Positions 28,057 to 37,915 of a stretch of 48,480 nt of DNA are shown here, one piece after another (the stretch's first letter is position 1; every line of letters begins with the position of its first letter). A model generated the notes under the pieces. That model searched no databases, had not been told where the DNA came from, and worked only from the letters and a program-made list of their open reading frames with translations. Both the position numbers and the translations under genes were made by a program. Source of the DNA: Thermodesulfobacteriota bacterium (GTDB taxonomy: Bacteria; Desulfobacterota; BSN033; WVXP01; G020346125); the NCBI GenBank assembly GCA_030145085.1, contig JAQYWG010000004.1, forward strand, positions 1-48,480, written 5' to 3'.

Positions 28057-29031
28057 TTAGGAAAAATCCGACCGCGCGATCTTCACCGTGAGATAAAGAT
28101 CCCCGCGTTCCCCATGGGGGGAGCTCCGGCCCATACCCCGAAGCCTGAGGCGGGTTCCATCGCCAATATCCGGGGGAATCGTGACCACAACCGTCCTTCT
28201 TCTATGCGGAATGCTGACGAACTTGCGGGCTCCCAAGAGGGCCTCCCGTGGTGTAATAGCAATGGTCCCGTGGGTATCAAGGTCTTTCCCCTTAAAGGGA
28301 CGGATATTTTGAAGCCGTGGCGTACTTCTCCGTTGTAGTGAATGGGCGAGCTTCTGGCTGATCCCGGTTCTCGGAAGGGCAAAAAAGAGCTTGACGGTAA
28401 CCAAACCGAAGATGAATCCCCCTATGTGAGCCCACCAGGCGACCCCACCCGCCTGTCCGTGGCTCACCGATGCGTAAAAGAATTGGATTAAAACCCAGTA
28501 GCCCAAGAAGAAGACGGCCGGCAACTCGAATATATAGGGAAAGAAGAATATGGGAATCATGGTGAGAACCCGTGAACGGGGGAATAGGAGAAAATAGGCA
28601 CCCATAACGCCGGCAATGGCACCACTGGCCCCTATGGTTGGGAGAGGGGAATGCCAGTTGGTCGCGAGATGGATCGACACAGCGGCAATTCCGCTCAGGA
28701 TATAGAATGCGAGAAAACGGGATGGTCCCAGCCTGTCTTCCACGTTGTCCCCAAAGATATAGAGAAACCACATGTTCCCCAGCAGGTGGAGAAATCCGCC
28801 ATGGAGGAACATATAGCTGAAGAATGGAACCACCTGTGTCAGGATGGTGAAGTCACCCGAGATCCCTGGGTCTGAGTATCGAATCGGAACCACGCCATAG
28901 AGGAAAAGGATCCTTTTGAGATAGGGCCCCTGGGCCAATTGCCAGAGGAACACGAGGACATTGATGCCGATGATGATGTTTCTGATGATGGGGTAGGTCT
29001 TTGACTGGATCGTATCGCGTAAGGGAATCAC
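28057..29031 (-). CDS. Rhomboid intramembrane serine protease fused to a DnaJ C-terminal-like domain
   Basis: HLLGNM, GASG (Ser) and WWAHIGG (His); tail ITPREALLG...IPPDIGDGTRLRLRGMG...GDLYL. Confidence 0.9.
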   Translation of the reverse strand: MIPLRDTIQSKTYPIIRNIIIGINVLVFLWQLAQGPYLKRILFLYGVVPIRYSDPGISGDFTILTQVVPFFSYMFLHGGFLHLLGNMWFLYIFGDNVEDRLGPSRFLAFYILSGIAAVSIHLATNWHSPLPTIGASGAIAGVMGAYFLLFPRSRVLTMIPIFFFPYIFELPAVFFLGYWVLIQFFYASVSHGQAGGVAWWAHIGGFIFGLVTVKLFFALPRTGISQKLAHSLQRRSTPRLQNIRPFKGKDLDTHGTIAITPREALLGARKFVSIPHRRRTVVVTIPPDIGDGTRLRLRGMGRSSPHGERGDLYLTVKIARSDFS

Positions 29032-29196
29032 GGATGCTCTACCCTTCAGTGGTAACGCCCTGTCTCAGGGTAACCTCTGAAAATTCCCACAGAGATTTCT
29101 TCAAAATATTGGTGTAGACAATCCACGAATACCCAGAAGGGCCTCCCTCAACGAGGTATTCATAGAAGCAACCGTCTGCCCCCATTTCCCGAAATG

Positions 29197-29225
29197 AGCA
29201 TAGGGCACCTCCCCGACATTGTCAA
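29197..29225 (-). promoter_or_regulatory. sigma70-type promoter upstream of the rhomboid gene
   Basis: TTGACA-17 nt-TATGCT. Confidence 0.6.
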
Positions 29226-29253
29226 GTAATTTCCCGTGGATTTTCATCTTCGT

Positions 29254-29335
29254 GGAGTTTCCCGATTTTTAAAGGAGTGTCTTTACGGGGTATTTGTGGA
29301 ACCTGTTGATCACAGAGAAACTCAGGGGGTTTGCC
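29254..29335 (-). repeat. Right arm of the CCTGAGTTT-family element
   Basis: Reverse complement GGCAAACCCCCTGAGTTTCTCTGTGATCAACAGGTTCCACAAATAC matches 25747-25790 and 37762-37810. Confidence 0.6.
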
Positions 29336-29436
29336 TTCTCCTTGAATTCCTGAGGATAAAGTGGTAAATAGGGGTAATTTCATCGGTTGGGTTGGAACGA
29401 TGGAATCGATAATGATCTCTCGTTGGGGGGAACAGT

Positions 29437-29775
29437 ATGGCTAGGAAACGGAACCAGGATGAATTTGTGCTCATTCTGGTGACGGCAAGCTCTCAAGATG
29501 AAGGGCTGAATATCGCCCGTGCCCTGGTTAATTCGAGGCTGGCGGCCTGTGTCAATATCATTTCAGGCCTTCGGTCTATCTACCGATGGAAGGCAAAGAT
29601 CTGGGATGAGGGGGAACTCCTTCTGCTCATCAAGACTCGAATGGCTCTATTCGAACAGGTAGAAGGCAAGGTCAAGGAAATCCACAGCTATGAAATACCG
29701 GAAATCATTGCCATTCCCATAATTCGTGGATTCGAAACCTACCTCAATTGGCTGAAGGAATCGACCCTTTCGTAG
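29437..29775 (+). CDS. cutA: Divalent-cation tolerance protein CutA
   Basis: LAACVNI, SIYRW and HSYEIPEI motifs. Confidence 0.95.
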   Translation: MARKRNQDEFVLILVTASSQDEGLNIARALVNSRLAACVNIISGLRSIYRWKAKIWDEGELLLLIKTRMALFEQVEGKVKEIHSYEIPEIIAIPIIRGFETYLNWLKESTLS

Positions 29776-29803
29776 TGGGATGAAACCGTTGAAAGGAGGG
29801 AAT

Positions 29804-30277
29804 ATGCCTAAAGTCCTCATCATCTACTATTCTCGTACGGGAAACACCAAGGCCATGGCCAAAGCCGTTGAAGAAGGTGTGAAATCCGAGAGCGTCGATG
29901 TCCAATGTAAAGAGGTCAAGAATGTGTCGGCCAAGGAACTCTTGCAGTACAATGGAATCGTCATCGGATCGCCCACCTACTATGGAACCATGGCGGGAGA
30001 GATCAAAATCCTCTTGGACAAAAGCGTCAAGCATCACGGGAAGTTGGCCGGCAAAGTGGGCGGGGCCTTCTCCTCTTCTGGTATCTTGGGTGGCGGAAAT
30101 GAGACCACAGTTTTGGACATCCTGAAAGCGCTTCTCGTCCACGGCATGATCATCCAGGGAAGCCCCATGGGGCCCCACTATGGCCCCGTGGCAATTGGAA
30201 GACCCGATACAGACAATCGAAACCAGTGCCTCAACTTGGGAAAGAGCGTCGCCCGATTGGTGAAGCGATTAGCCTGA
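29804..30277 (+). CDS. Flavodoxin-like / WrbA-type NAD(P)H-dependent oxidoreductase
   Basis: YYSRTGNT FMN loop, GSPTYYG and GGNETT; AGGAGG RBS before ATG 29804. Confidence 0.9.
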   Translation: MPKVLIIYYSRTGNTKAMAKAVEEGVKSESVDVQCKEVKNVSAKELLQYNGIVIGSPTYYGTMAGEIKILLDKSVKHHGKLAGKVGGAFSSSGILGGGNETTVLDILKALLVHGMIIQGSPMGPHYGPVAIGRPDTDNRNQCLNLGKSVARLVKRLA

Positions 30278-30324
30278 GATACCTGAGAAACGTGGAAAAG
30301 GAGCTCTGAGCGCAAAATTATAGA

Positions 30325-30356
30325 GTGTTGCAGTGCTGCGGTGCTGCAGTCATGCG
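30325..30356. repeat. Degenerate octamer tandem array
   Basis: GTGTTGCA GTGCTGCG GTGCTGCA GTCATGCG. Confidence 0.7.
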
Positions 30357-30451
30357 GTTAGGGCCCTGTACATTCCAACAAGTAGTGGAGTGAACTTAAG
30401 AATGGTCGAAAAAATGTTTTTGAGAGGCGAGGAGCGACTTTTTCAGAAATT

Positions 30452-31915
30452 TCAATCTAACCGTGGGCGTTTCAGATGACAATCGGTGCGCTGTTCGAAG
30501 GTATAGGCTACCCGCAAGATCTTCTCCTCATCGAAATGCTTTCCGATGATTTGAAGCCCAATGGGAAGTCCCCCACGGCTGAAGCCGCATGGTATGGAAA
30601 TTCCCGGAAGACCCGCCAGGTTGACGGGAATGGTGAGAATATCCGAAAGATACATTTGGAGGGGATCCTTCACCTTCTCCCCAATCATGAATGCAGGTGT
30701 GGGTGAGGTGGCGGTCAGGAGGGCATCGTACTCCTCAAAGGCTCGATCGAAATCTTCTCTGATGAGGGTCCTCACCTGTTGCGCCTTCCTATAATAGGCA
30801 TCATAGTATCCTGCCGATAACACGTAGGTTCCCAGCATGATTCTCCGCTTCACCTCGGGCCCGAATCCCTCCGAACGAGTTTTGCCGTACATGTCGATTA
30901 GGCCATCATATCCTTTAGCCCGGTGGCCGTATTTCACTCCATCGTACCGAGCCAAATTGGAGCTTGCCTCGGCTGTACAGATGATGTAATACGTGGCGAC
31001 GGCATACTCCGTATGGGGGAGGGAGACCTCCTTGATGGAGGCACCCCATTTTTCCAAAAGCTTAATCGCCTCCCAAACGGCCCTTTCAACATCTGGGTCC
31101 ATTCCTTCCACAAAATATTCATTTGGGATGCCCAGCTTCATTCCCTTCACATCGTTTACCAACGCCTTTCTGTAGTCGGGAACCGCCACATTCACGGAGG
31201 TCGAATCATTGGTGTCATGGCCGCTGATACTATTCATCAAAATGGTACAATCGGTTACGTCCTTTGTTATGGGTCCAATCTGATCTAGGGAAGAAGCAAA
31301 GGCCACAAGGCCGAAACGGGAAACCCTGCCGTACGTCGGTTTAAAACCAACTACCCCGCAGCAAGCGGCGGGTTGTCTAATAGAACCTCCTGTATCCGAT
31401 CCGAGAGAGGCGATACACTCATCGGCGGCCACAGCTGCAGCGGATCCACCGCTGGATCCGCCGGGAATTCGATTGAGATCCCAGGGATTTCGGGTAATAC
31501 CGAATCCGGAGTTCTCCGTAGACGACCCCATGGCAAACTCATCCATGTTTGCCTTCCCCAAAAAGACCGCACCGTTTTCCCTCAATTTCTTGACCACCGT
31601 TGCATCATAGGGGGGGTAAAAGTTACTTAATATTTTCGATGCACACGTGGTCCTTATGGACTTGGTGCACAGGATATCCTTCAGGGCCAGGGGAATCCCC
31701 GTCAATTCGGTTACGCCCTCCCCTTTGGCAATCTTCTCATCGGCCTGTTGGGCTTGCTGGTACGCCTCCTCTTCCATAGGGGTGAGATAGGCGGCGACTT
31801 TGGAATCCACCGCCTTGATGCAATCATAGAAAGATTGGGTCAACTCCAGAGATGAGAATGACTTCTTCATCAGGTATTCATGGGCTTCATGCGCGGTTAA
31901 TCGACTCCACTCCAT
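30452..31915 (-). CDS. gatA: Glu/Asp-tRNA amidotransferase subunit A
   Basis: Amidase signature GGSSGGSA...[12 protein letters not shown]; NLARYDG and [11 protein letters not shown]. Confidence 0.97.
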   Translation of the reverse strand: MEWSRLTAHEAHEYLMKKSFSSLELTQSFYDCIKAVDSKVAAYLTPMEEEAYQQAQQADEKIAKGEGVTELTGIPLALKDILCTKSIRTTCASKILSNFYPPYDATVVKKLRENGAVFLGKANMDEFAMGSSTENSGFGITRNPWDLNRIPGGSSGGSAAAVAADECIASLGSDTGGSIRQPAACCGVVGFKPTYGRVSRFGLVAFASSLDQIGPITKDVTDCTILMNSISGHDTNDSTSVNVAVPDYRKALVNDVKGMKLGIPNEYFVEGMDPDVERAVWEAIKLLEKWGASIKEVSLPHTEYAVATYYIICTAEASSNLARYDGVKYGHRAKGYDGLIDMYGKTRSEGFGPEVKRRIMLGTYVLSAGYYDAYYRKAQQVRTLIREDFDRAFEEYDALLTATSPTPAFMIGEKVKDPLQMYLSDILTIPVNLAGLPGISIPCGFSRGGLPIGLQIIGKHFDEEKILRVAYTFEQRTDCHLKRPRLD

Positions 31916-31945
31916 GGTCTTCCCCTCTTTCGATGGTTTCCCCGC

Positions 31946-32233
31946 CTATGCGATGATCTTGGGTACCTTATAAAAAGCCCTTTCCTTCTCCGGTGCATTC
32001 TTCAGAGAAGGTTCAGAAGGAAGGGATTCACGAACCTCATCATTCCTCAGGACGTTTTTAATGGAAATAACGTGCGAGGTAGGCTCCACTCCGGTCGTAT
32101 CGACTTCATTCAACTTATCCATATACGTCAATATATCATCCAATTGGGTGGTAAACTCCTCCTTCTCCTCGTCCGAAAGCCTCAATCTGGCCAATCCTGC
32201 CACATACTCCACATCTTTGAAACCAATTTTCAT
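31946..32233 (-). CDS. gatC: Glu/Asp-tRNA amidotransferase subunit C
   Basis: VAGLARL, L.EVDT.GVEPT and NAPE...YKVPKII. Confidence 0.95.
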   Translation of the reverse strand: MKIGFKDVEYVAGLARLRLSDEEKEEFTTQLDDILTYMDKLNEVDTTGVEPTSHVISIKNVLRNDEVRESLPSEPSLKNAPEKERAFYKVPKIIA

Positions 32234-32390
32234 ATTCCCTTCTCCTCTCCCAAAAGGATCTCATCTAGAAAATTCGAGCAAATATGATGAATGTTCTGAA
32301 CGGAATGGTCTTCCCAGAAACCTTTTGCAGCGGATAGCGTGGAGGTATTGTGGATGTGCCTTATCCCATCGGTCCCTCAGCGTCGCGACC

Positions 32391-35075
32391 CTATCTCCCC
32401 CCTTTGTTCGAGGTTGATCCTCGAATCTCCAGGATTTTAGCGAGACTTTCCCTGATTTTTTTCTCCCTGTTCAGCAATGCCTCTCGCTTCATCTTCGTTT
32501 TTTCCACCACTCCCCCAGGCGCCTTGGAGATAAACTCAGCATTGGAGAGCTTTCGACCCGTGAACTCCAACTCCTTCTCCACCTTTCTAATTTCCTTCTC
32601 AAGCCTTCTGGTTTCTCCACCGAAGTCCATGTCCTTTCCCATGGGAACAAAAATCTCCACATCCCCAAGGACAGCCGTCGCCGCATCCCGGTGTTTTCCC
32701 CTGGAGGTAATGAAGGAAAGGCTGTCAAGCCGTGCCAGATGTGTGATGTAAATCCGGTATTGTTCCAGCCTTTCCCGAATATACTCCTTTTCGGCCAGCA
32801 ACAACACATCTAATCGTTTGTTGGGAGCAATATCCATCTCTCCCCTGATATTACGGATCCCCCCTATCGTCCTCATCACCAGATCCATGTCCTCAAGAGC
32901 CTCCTTGTCCCTCAGGCCTTCGTCGTATTGGGGGAAATCCGCTATCATAATGCTTTTGCCATCGTGGGGAAGCCTTTGCCAGATTTCCTCCGTAATGAAA
33001 GGCATAAAGGGATGAAGTAACCTCAAGGCGCCGTCCAGTACCCGCATCAGGACGTATTGGGTAACGGTACGTTCCTGGGAATCGTCTTTCCCATAGAGGA
33101 CGGGTTTGATCAGCTCCAAGAACCAGTCACAGTACTCATGCCACATGAAATGGTAAATGGCCTGAGCCCCATCGTTGAATCGATACTCTTCCAAGGCCTC
33201 GGTAACCTCCCTTACCGTCTCGTTGAACCTTGACAAAATCCACCGATTGGGCAGTCTCAATTCACCGAGGTCAATTTCTTGGGAGATGCCCCTAAAATCA
33301 GTTAAATTGGCCAACGAGAAGCGAGAGGCATTCCATATCTTATTGGCGAAGTGACGATAGCCTTCTATCCTCTCTTCGGAAAGGAGTATATCCCTTCCCT
33401 GGGCTGCGAAAGCCGCCAGGGTAAATCGAAAGGCATCCGTTCCATATTCCTGCATAACCACCAGGGGGTCAATGACATTGCCCCTCGATTTGCTCATCTT
33501 GCGGCCGTGGATATCCCTCACCAGGGCATGGATGTGAACCTCCTTAAAGGGAACATCCCCCATGAAATGTAACCCCATCATCATCATCCGGGCTACCCAG
33601 AAAAAGAGGATGTCGAAGCCGGTAACCAGGACCGAGGTGGGGTAAAAAACCCTGAGCTCATCTGTCTCCTGAGGCCATCCCATCGTTGAAAAGGGCCACA
33701 AGGCCGAGCTAAACCATGTATCGAGGACATCGGTCTCCTGTCGCAATTCCTTCCCACCGCATCGGCCACAGGAGTGGGGTTCCTCCTTCGAAACTATGGT
33801 TTCCTCGCACCCCTCGCAGTACCAAGCGGGAATCCGATGTCCCCACCAGATCTGTCTTGAAATACACCAGTCTCGAATGTTATTCATCCATTCGAAGTAG
33901 GTCTTTTCCCAAACCTGTGGAATGATCTTCGTTCTGCCAGTCTTCACTGCCTGAGAGGCTACTTCTGCAAGCGGTTTCGTTCGCACAAACCACTGTTTAG
34001 ACACGGTCGGTTCGACGATGGTCTTACATCGATAACAATGGCCCACATTATGCCGATAATCCTCCTCCTTCAAGAGAATTCCATCCCTCTTAAAATCCCC
34101 TACGATCTTCTCCCGGCATTCAAAACGATCCAGGCCCTGATATGGCCCGGCTTCTTTGCCCATCTTGCCGTCCTCATCGATGACCTTCACCATTTCCAAC
34201 TCATGGGCCAAGCCAATCTCAAAATCATTCAAATCATGGGCAGGGGTCACCTTCAATGCGCCCGAACCGAATTCCATGTCCACATACTCGTCCCCGATAA
34301 TGGGGATCTCCCTGTGCAGCACGGGGAGAATTACCTTTTCGCCGATGAGGTCCAGATACCTATCGTCCTTGGGATGGACGGCAACAGCAGTATCCCCCAA
34401 CATCGTCTCCGGCCGAGTGGTCACCACGATGATCGATCCCCTTCCACTCTCAAGGGGGTAAGCAAGATGGTAAAGCTTTGCGGATTCCTCCTCATGCTCC
34501 ACCTCCAGATCCGATAAGGCAGTTCGACACCGAGGACACCAATTTATGATATAGTCGCCCTTGTAGATGAGGCCCTCGTTGTATAACCTCACGAAGACTT
34601 CCCTGACCGCCTCGGATAGGCCCTCATCCATGGTAAACCGTTCCCGACTCCAATCGCAGGAAGCTCCCAACTTTTTCAGCTGCTTGGTGATCACTCCTCC
34701 ATACTGTTCCTTCCACTGCCAGACTCGCTGGATGAACTTCTCCCTTCCCAAGCTGTGGCGATCAAGGCCCCCTTCGGCCAACTTTCTTTCCACCACGTTC
34801 TGGGTGGCAATCCCAGCATGATCCGTTCCCGGCATCCACAAGGTGTTGAAGCCCTGCATGCGGTTAAAGCGAATCAAAATATCCTGCAAGGTATTATTGA
34901 GGGCATGGCCCATATGGAGGGAACCGGTTATATTCGGCGGCGGGATGACGATGGAGTACCGGCGTTTGGTGGAATGTGAATCTGCTCTGAAGAAACCTCC
35001 TTCCATCCAAAATGTATACCACTTCTCCTCTACACCACTCGGTTCATAGGCCTTACTCAAGGTCTGTGCATCCAT
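32391..35075 (-). CDS. valS: Valine--tRNA ligase
   Basis: PPPNITGSLHMGH, DWCISRQIWWGH and KMSKS motifs; C-terminal coiled coil. Confidence 0.98.
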   Translation of the reverse strand: MDAQTLSKAYEPSGVEEKWYTFWMEGGFFRADSHSTKRRYSIVIPPPNITGSLHMGHALNNTLQDILIRFNRMQGFNTLWMPGTDHAGIATQNVVERKLAEGGLDRHSLGREKFIQRVWQWKEQYGGVITKQLKKLGASCDWSRERFTMDEGLSEAVREVFVRLYNEGLIYKGDYIINWCPRCRTALSDLEVEHEEESAKLYHLAYPLESGRGSIIVVTTRPETMLGDTAVAVHPKDDRYLDLIGEKVILPVLHREIPIIGDEYVDMEFGSGALKVTPAHDLNDFEIGLAHELEMVKVIDEDGKMGKEAGPYQGLDRFECREKIVGDFKRDGILLKEEDYRHNVGHCYRCKTIVEPTVSKQWFVRTKPLAEVASQAVKTGRTKIIPQVWEKTYFEWMNNIRDWCISRQIWWGHRIPAWYCEGCEETIVSKEEPHSCGRCGGKELRQETDVLDTWFSSALWPFSTMGWPQETDELRVFYPTSVLVTGFDILFFWVARMMMMGLHFMGDVPFKEVHIHALVRDIHGRKMSKSRGNVIDPLVVMQEYGTDAFRFTLAAFAAQGRDILLSEERIEGYRHFANKIWNASRFSLANLTDFRGISQEIDLGELRLPNRWILSRFNETVREVTEALEEYRFNDGAQAIYHFMWHEYCDWFLELIKPVLYGKDDSQERTVTQYVLMRVLDGALRLLHPFMPFITEEIWQRLPHDGKSIMIADFPQYDEGLRDKEALEDMDLVMRTIGGIRNIRGEMDIAPNKRLDVLLLAEKEYIRERLEQYRIYITHLARLDSLSFITSRGKHRDAATAVLGDVEIFVPMGKDMDFGGETRRLEKEIRKVEKELEFTGRKLSNAEFISKAPGGVVEKTKMKREALLNREKKIRESLAKILEIRGSTSNKGGR

Positions 35076-35107
35076 AGCAAGCTCCCGCCCCGGCAACGTA
35101 AACTGGC

Positions 35108-37417
35108 CTATATATCAAAGTCCTCTCCCTTCTTGATTTTTTCCAACCGCTGTATCTCCTTCTGAATGGCCTCTTCTGCCATTTTAGGTACTATTTTCTG
35201 GACCGTTTTTTCGATCCTCTCGGCGGCGGCGGCGGCAATGGCCTCTGTCAATTGAGGAAGGATTTTTGCGCTCATGCCTTCTACCAATTCCTTGATCGCT
35301 CCGGAGATCGTCTCTGGAACCGGTCTCTCCGGAGAGGGTTGAAGCCCCGTTTCCTCTTCCCCTCTCACCGTCTCCCCGGTAAATTCCTCGATAGCCTCCG
35401 CTAAAGCACCTTCCGGAATTTCCTCCTTCTCCTGGTCCCTCGTAACCTCCTCGGCTATCTTTTCCAGTTCCCCCTCCTTGAAAACCTCCTCATAAAACTC
35501 CTCCAGTCCCTCTTTCTCCAAACCTTTTTCGCCAAAAGCTTGCAGATCTTCTTCATTCAAGACCTTCTCGGCTAAACCCTCCAAATCCATCTCATGAGAA
35601 ACCTCTTGGGGTAGCCCCTCCAGCTCCTCCCCGGGCAACTGTTCTCCGGGGAGCTCTTCCAATTCTCCCTCTTTAAGGATCTCCCCAGGCAATTCCTTTA
35701 ATGCCTCTTCCAAGGCCCCCTCTTCATCCCTCCCTCCATCAGTCTTTTCCCCCAACTCCTCTAATCCTCCAAGTTCCTCTATGGATACATTTCCTTCGGG
35801 AAGCTTTTCCGCCTTCCCTTCTTCAGGGGCCTCCCGATGTAATTCCTTTAATGCCTCTTCCAGAGCTCCCTCTTCATCCCTCACTACATCAGTCTTTTCC
35901 CCCAACTCCTCTAATCCTCCAAGTTCCTCTATGGATACATTTCCTCCGGGAAGTTCTTCCAATTCTCCCTCTTTAACCACCTCCCCAGGCAATTCCTTTA
36001 ATGCCTCTTCCAGGGCTCCCTCTTCCTCCCTCGGCACTCCAGCTTCCCTCCCCAGCTCCCCCAATCCCTCTAGCTCCGCCTTTCCCTCATCCGGGGTATC
36101 CTCCAATTCCCTGGAGGTCTCTTTTGGCTCCTCCTCTCCGAGGAAATCCCCCGGTAATTCCTCGATCTCCTCCGCCAGGGCCTCCTCTAAGCCCTTCCCC
36201 TTCAGGATATCCTGGGGCAATTCTCCCATTCCCTCGGTGGGAACCTCCTCCGTACTCTCTTCAGCTCCAAGTTCCCCTCTTGCAGGTTCAGAAATCTCCT
36301 CGAGTGGAGGTTGTTCCCCCTCCTCCGCAAAGGCCTCTTCCAAGCCCTTCCCCTTCAGGATATCCTGGGGCAATTCTCCCATTCCCTCGGTAGGAAGCTC
36401 CTCCGTACTCTCTTCAGCTCCAAGTTCCCCTCTTGCAGGTTCAGAAATCTCCTCGAGTGGCGGTTGTTCCCCCTCCTCCGCAAAGGCCTCTTCCAAGCCC
36501 TTCCCCTTCAGGATATCCTGGAGCAATTCTCCCATTTCCTCGGTGGGAACCTCCTCCACACTCTCTTCAGCTCCGAATCCTCCTCTTTCAGGTTCAAAAG
36601 TCCCCTCCGGTGGACCCGGATATTGTTCTTCAGTGCCACTGACCTTGCCAATACCCTCTTCGGAGGAAATCTCACCCTCCGTCACAGCCGGCTCCGTCTT
36701 GACATCCACCTTCTCAGGGACCCCAGGCTCCGGAGCGGGCCCTTCCATCTCCGGGGCTTGGATTGCTTCCTCGGCCTTTGGGAATTCCATATCCTCCGCT
36801 AACTCGAGATCGGCCAGGGCACTCTCCTCCACAAGTCCCCCTCCCTCCGATTCCCGCGTTTCTACACCTTTCATAGCTTCTCCGGGAACTTCAGCAGGGG
36901 CTTCTTCAGCTCTGGCCACCGGTTCCTCGATGATATCCAATAGGTCAATGATCTCCTCCTCTCCCTGGGAACTCACCGCTTCGGTCACCTCCGCCATGGG
37001 TTGCAACTCCAGGATCTCCTCCTTAACCTCCCTTGACGCCTCAACTGGTCGAGGCGTCAGCAATCCATCCACCAGTTTTAGAATAGGTTCCCCCTGCAGG
37101 GGTTTCGTTATGGCCCCATTGGCCCTCACCTGTTTCTTTTCCTCTTCGATATCCTCATCGAAAGGGCCTCCCAAAAGCACAAAGGGGATTTTATTCAGAT
37201 TAGGGTCTCCTTTAAGCATCTCGCAGAGTTCTTTCCCATTCTTATCGGGCATGGTGACATCGGCAATGACGAGGGCCGGTTTGGACAATTTCATCTTCAG
37301 GAGGGCATCTTCGCCGTTTTCGGAAAAGATGAGATTGTAATCGGTTTCCTTGAAGATCTCTTCGAAGGCCTTATGAGCTGCCTTGTTACCATCGGCAATG
37401 AGAATCTCCCTTGCCAT
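35108..37417 (-). CDS. RomR-like response regulator: receiver domain, very long acidic repeat linker, helical C-terminus
   Basis: Receiver (ILIAD...IADVTMPDKNG...ITKP); C-terminus IEKTVQKIVPKMAEEAIQKEIQRL resembles RomR-C; adjacent to valS; AGGAGG before ATG 37417. Confidence 0.72.
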   Translation of the reverse strand: MAREILIADGNKAAHKAFEEIFKETDYNLIFSENGEDALLKMKLSKPALVIADVTMPDKNGKELCEMLKGDPNLNKIPFVLLGGPFDEDIEEEKKQVRANGAITKPLQGEPILKLVDGLLTPRPVEASREVKEEILELQPMAEVTEAVSSQGEEEIIDLLDIIEEPVARAEEAPAEVPGEAMKGVETRESEGGGLVEESALADLELAEDMEFPKAEEAIQAPEMEGPAPEPGVPEKVDVKTEPAVTEGEISSEEGIGKVSGTEEQYPGPPEGTFEPERGGFGAEESVEEVPTEEMGELLQDILKGKGLEEAFAEEGEQPPLEEISEPARGELGAEESTEELPTEGMGELPQDILKGKGLEEAFAEEGEQPPLEEISEPARGELGAEESTEEVPTEGMGELPQDILKGKGLEEALAEEIEELPGDFLGEEEPKETSRELEDTPDEGKAELEGLGELGREAGVPREEEGALEEALKELPGEVVKEGELEELPGGNVSIEELGGLEELGEKTDVVRDEEGALEEALKELHREAPEEGKAEKLPEGNVSIEELGGLEELGEKTDGGRDEEGALEEALKELPGEILKEGELEELPGEQLPGEELEGLPQEVSHEMDLEGLAEKVLNEEDLQAFGEKGLEKEGLEEFYEEVFKEGELEKIAEEVTRDQEKEEIPEGALAEAIEEFTGETVRGEEETGLQPSPERPVPETISGAIKELVEGMSAKILPQLTEAIAAAAAERIEKTVQKIVPKMAEEAIQKEIQRLEKIKKGEDFDI
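35645..36080. repeat. Coding tandem repeat, 150-bp (50-aa) period, about 2.8 copies
   Basis: AATTCCTTTAATGCCTCTTC at 35691, 35841 and 35991. Confidence 0.9.
36168..36598. repeat. Coding tandem repeat, 153-bp (51-aa) period, about 2.8 copies
   Basis: TTCAGGATATCCTGG at 36201, 36354 and 36507. Confidence 0.92.
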
Positions 37418-37527
37418 GATCAACCCTCCTTGACTGGGGTGGAAAAAGTTGAGGGAAAATCTAAATTTATAACAAGTATCTCACAGATTAAGGGAATGTC
37501 AAGCTCTCGGGACTGCAAGTCTCCTGA

Positions 37528-37653
37528 GTTTGCTCAGTTTATTCGGTCTGTTCGGTTTATTTAGTTTATTCCGTTTATTCGGTTTAGATCGTTAAGGTCG
37601 TTTAGATGGTTTATTCGGTTTATTCTGTTTAGGTCGTTTGTCCAGTTTTCTGG
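37528..37653. repeat. Nonamer tandem array (GTTTATTCG-type, 14 units)
   Basis: Exact 9-nt phase for 126 bp; every unit starts GT and 12 of 14 start GTTT. Confidence 0.92.
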
Positions 37654-37671
37654 ACGGTGTTTTCCTCTCAA

Positions 37672-37730
37672 CCCACTATTCCATCATTCCATTTTTCCAA
37701 TACTCCGGTATTTAACCATTCCATTCTTCC
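37672..37730. repeat. Degenerate octamer array (TTCCA core; reverse complement of the TGGAAT array at 25715)
   Basis: CCCACTAT TCCATCAT TCCATTTT TCCAATAC TCC...TTCCATTCTTCC. Confidence 0.75.
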
Positions 37731-37915
37731 CTCCGGTTTCCCATGGCCGTAGGTCCGCTGTGGCAAAGATTCTGAGTCCCTATATGATAAACAGGTTCCA
37801 AAAATACTCCATATAAAGGTAGTGAAACCACAGTGAGAGATTGCTTTTATCTCAAACTCAGGTTGCTGGGAGAGGCAGAACTAACGGTGACATGAGGAGG
37901 GGCACAGGGAGGGTT

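Noticed and set aside
29039-29185. 48-aa minus-strand ORF upstream of the rhomboid gene
   Set aside because: No homology cue; the nearby GGAGG lies in the spacer of a TTGACA/TATGCT promoter rather than serving as an RBS
35781-37340. 519-aa Ser-rich plus-strand ORF
   Set aside because: Antisense consequence of the Glu-rich (GAG/GAA) repeat linker on the minus strand
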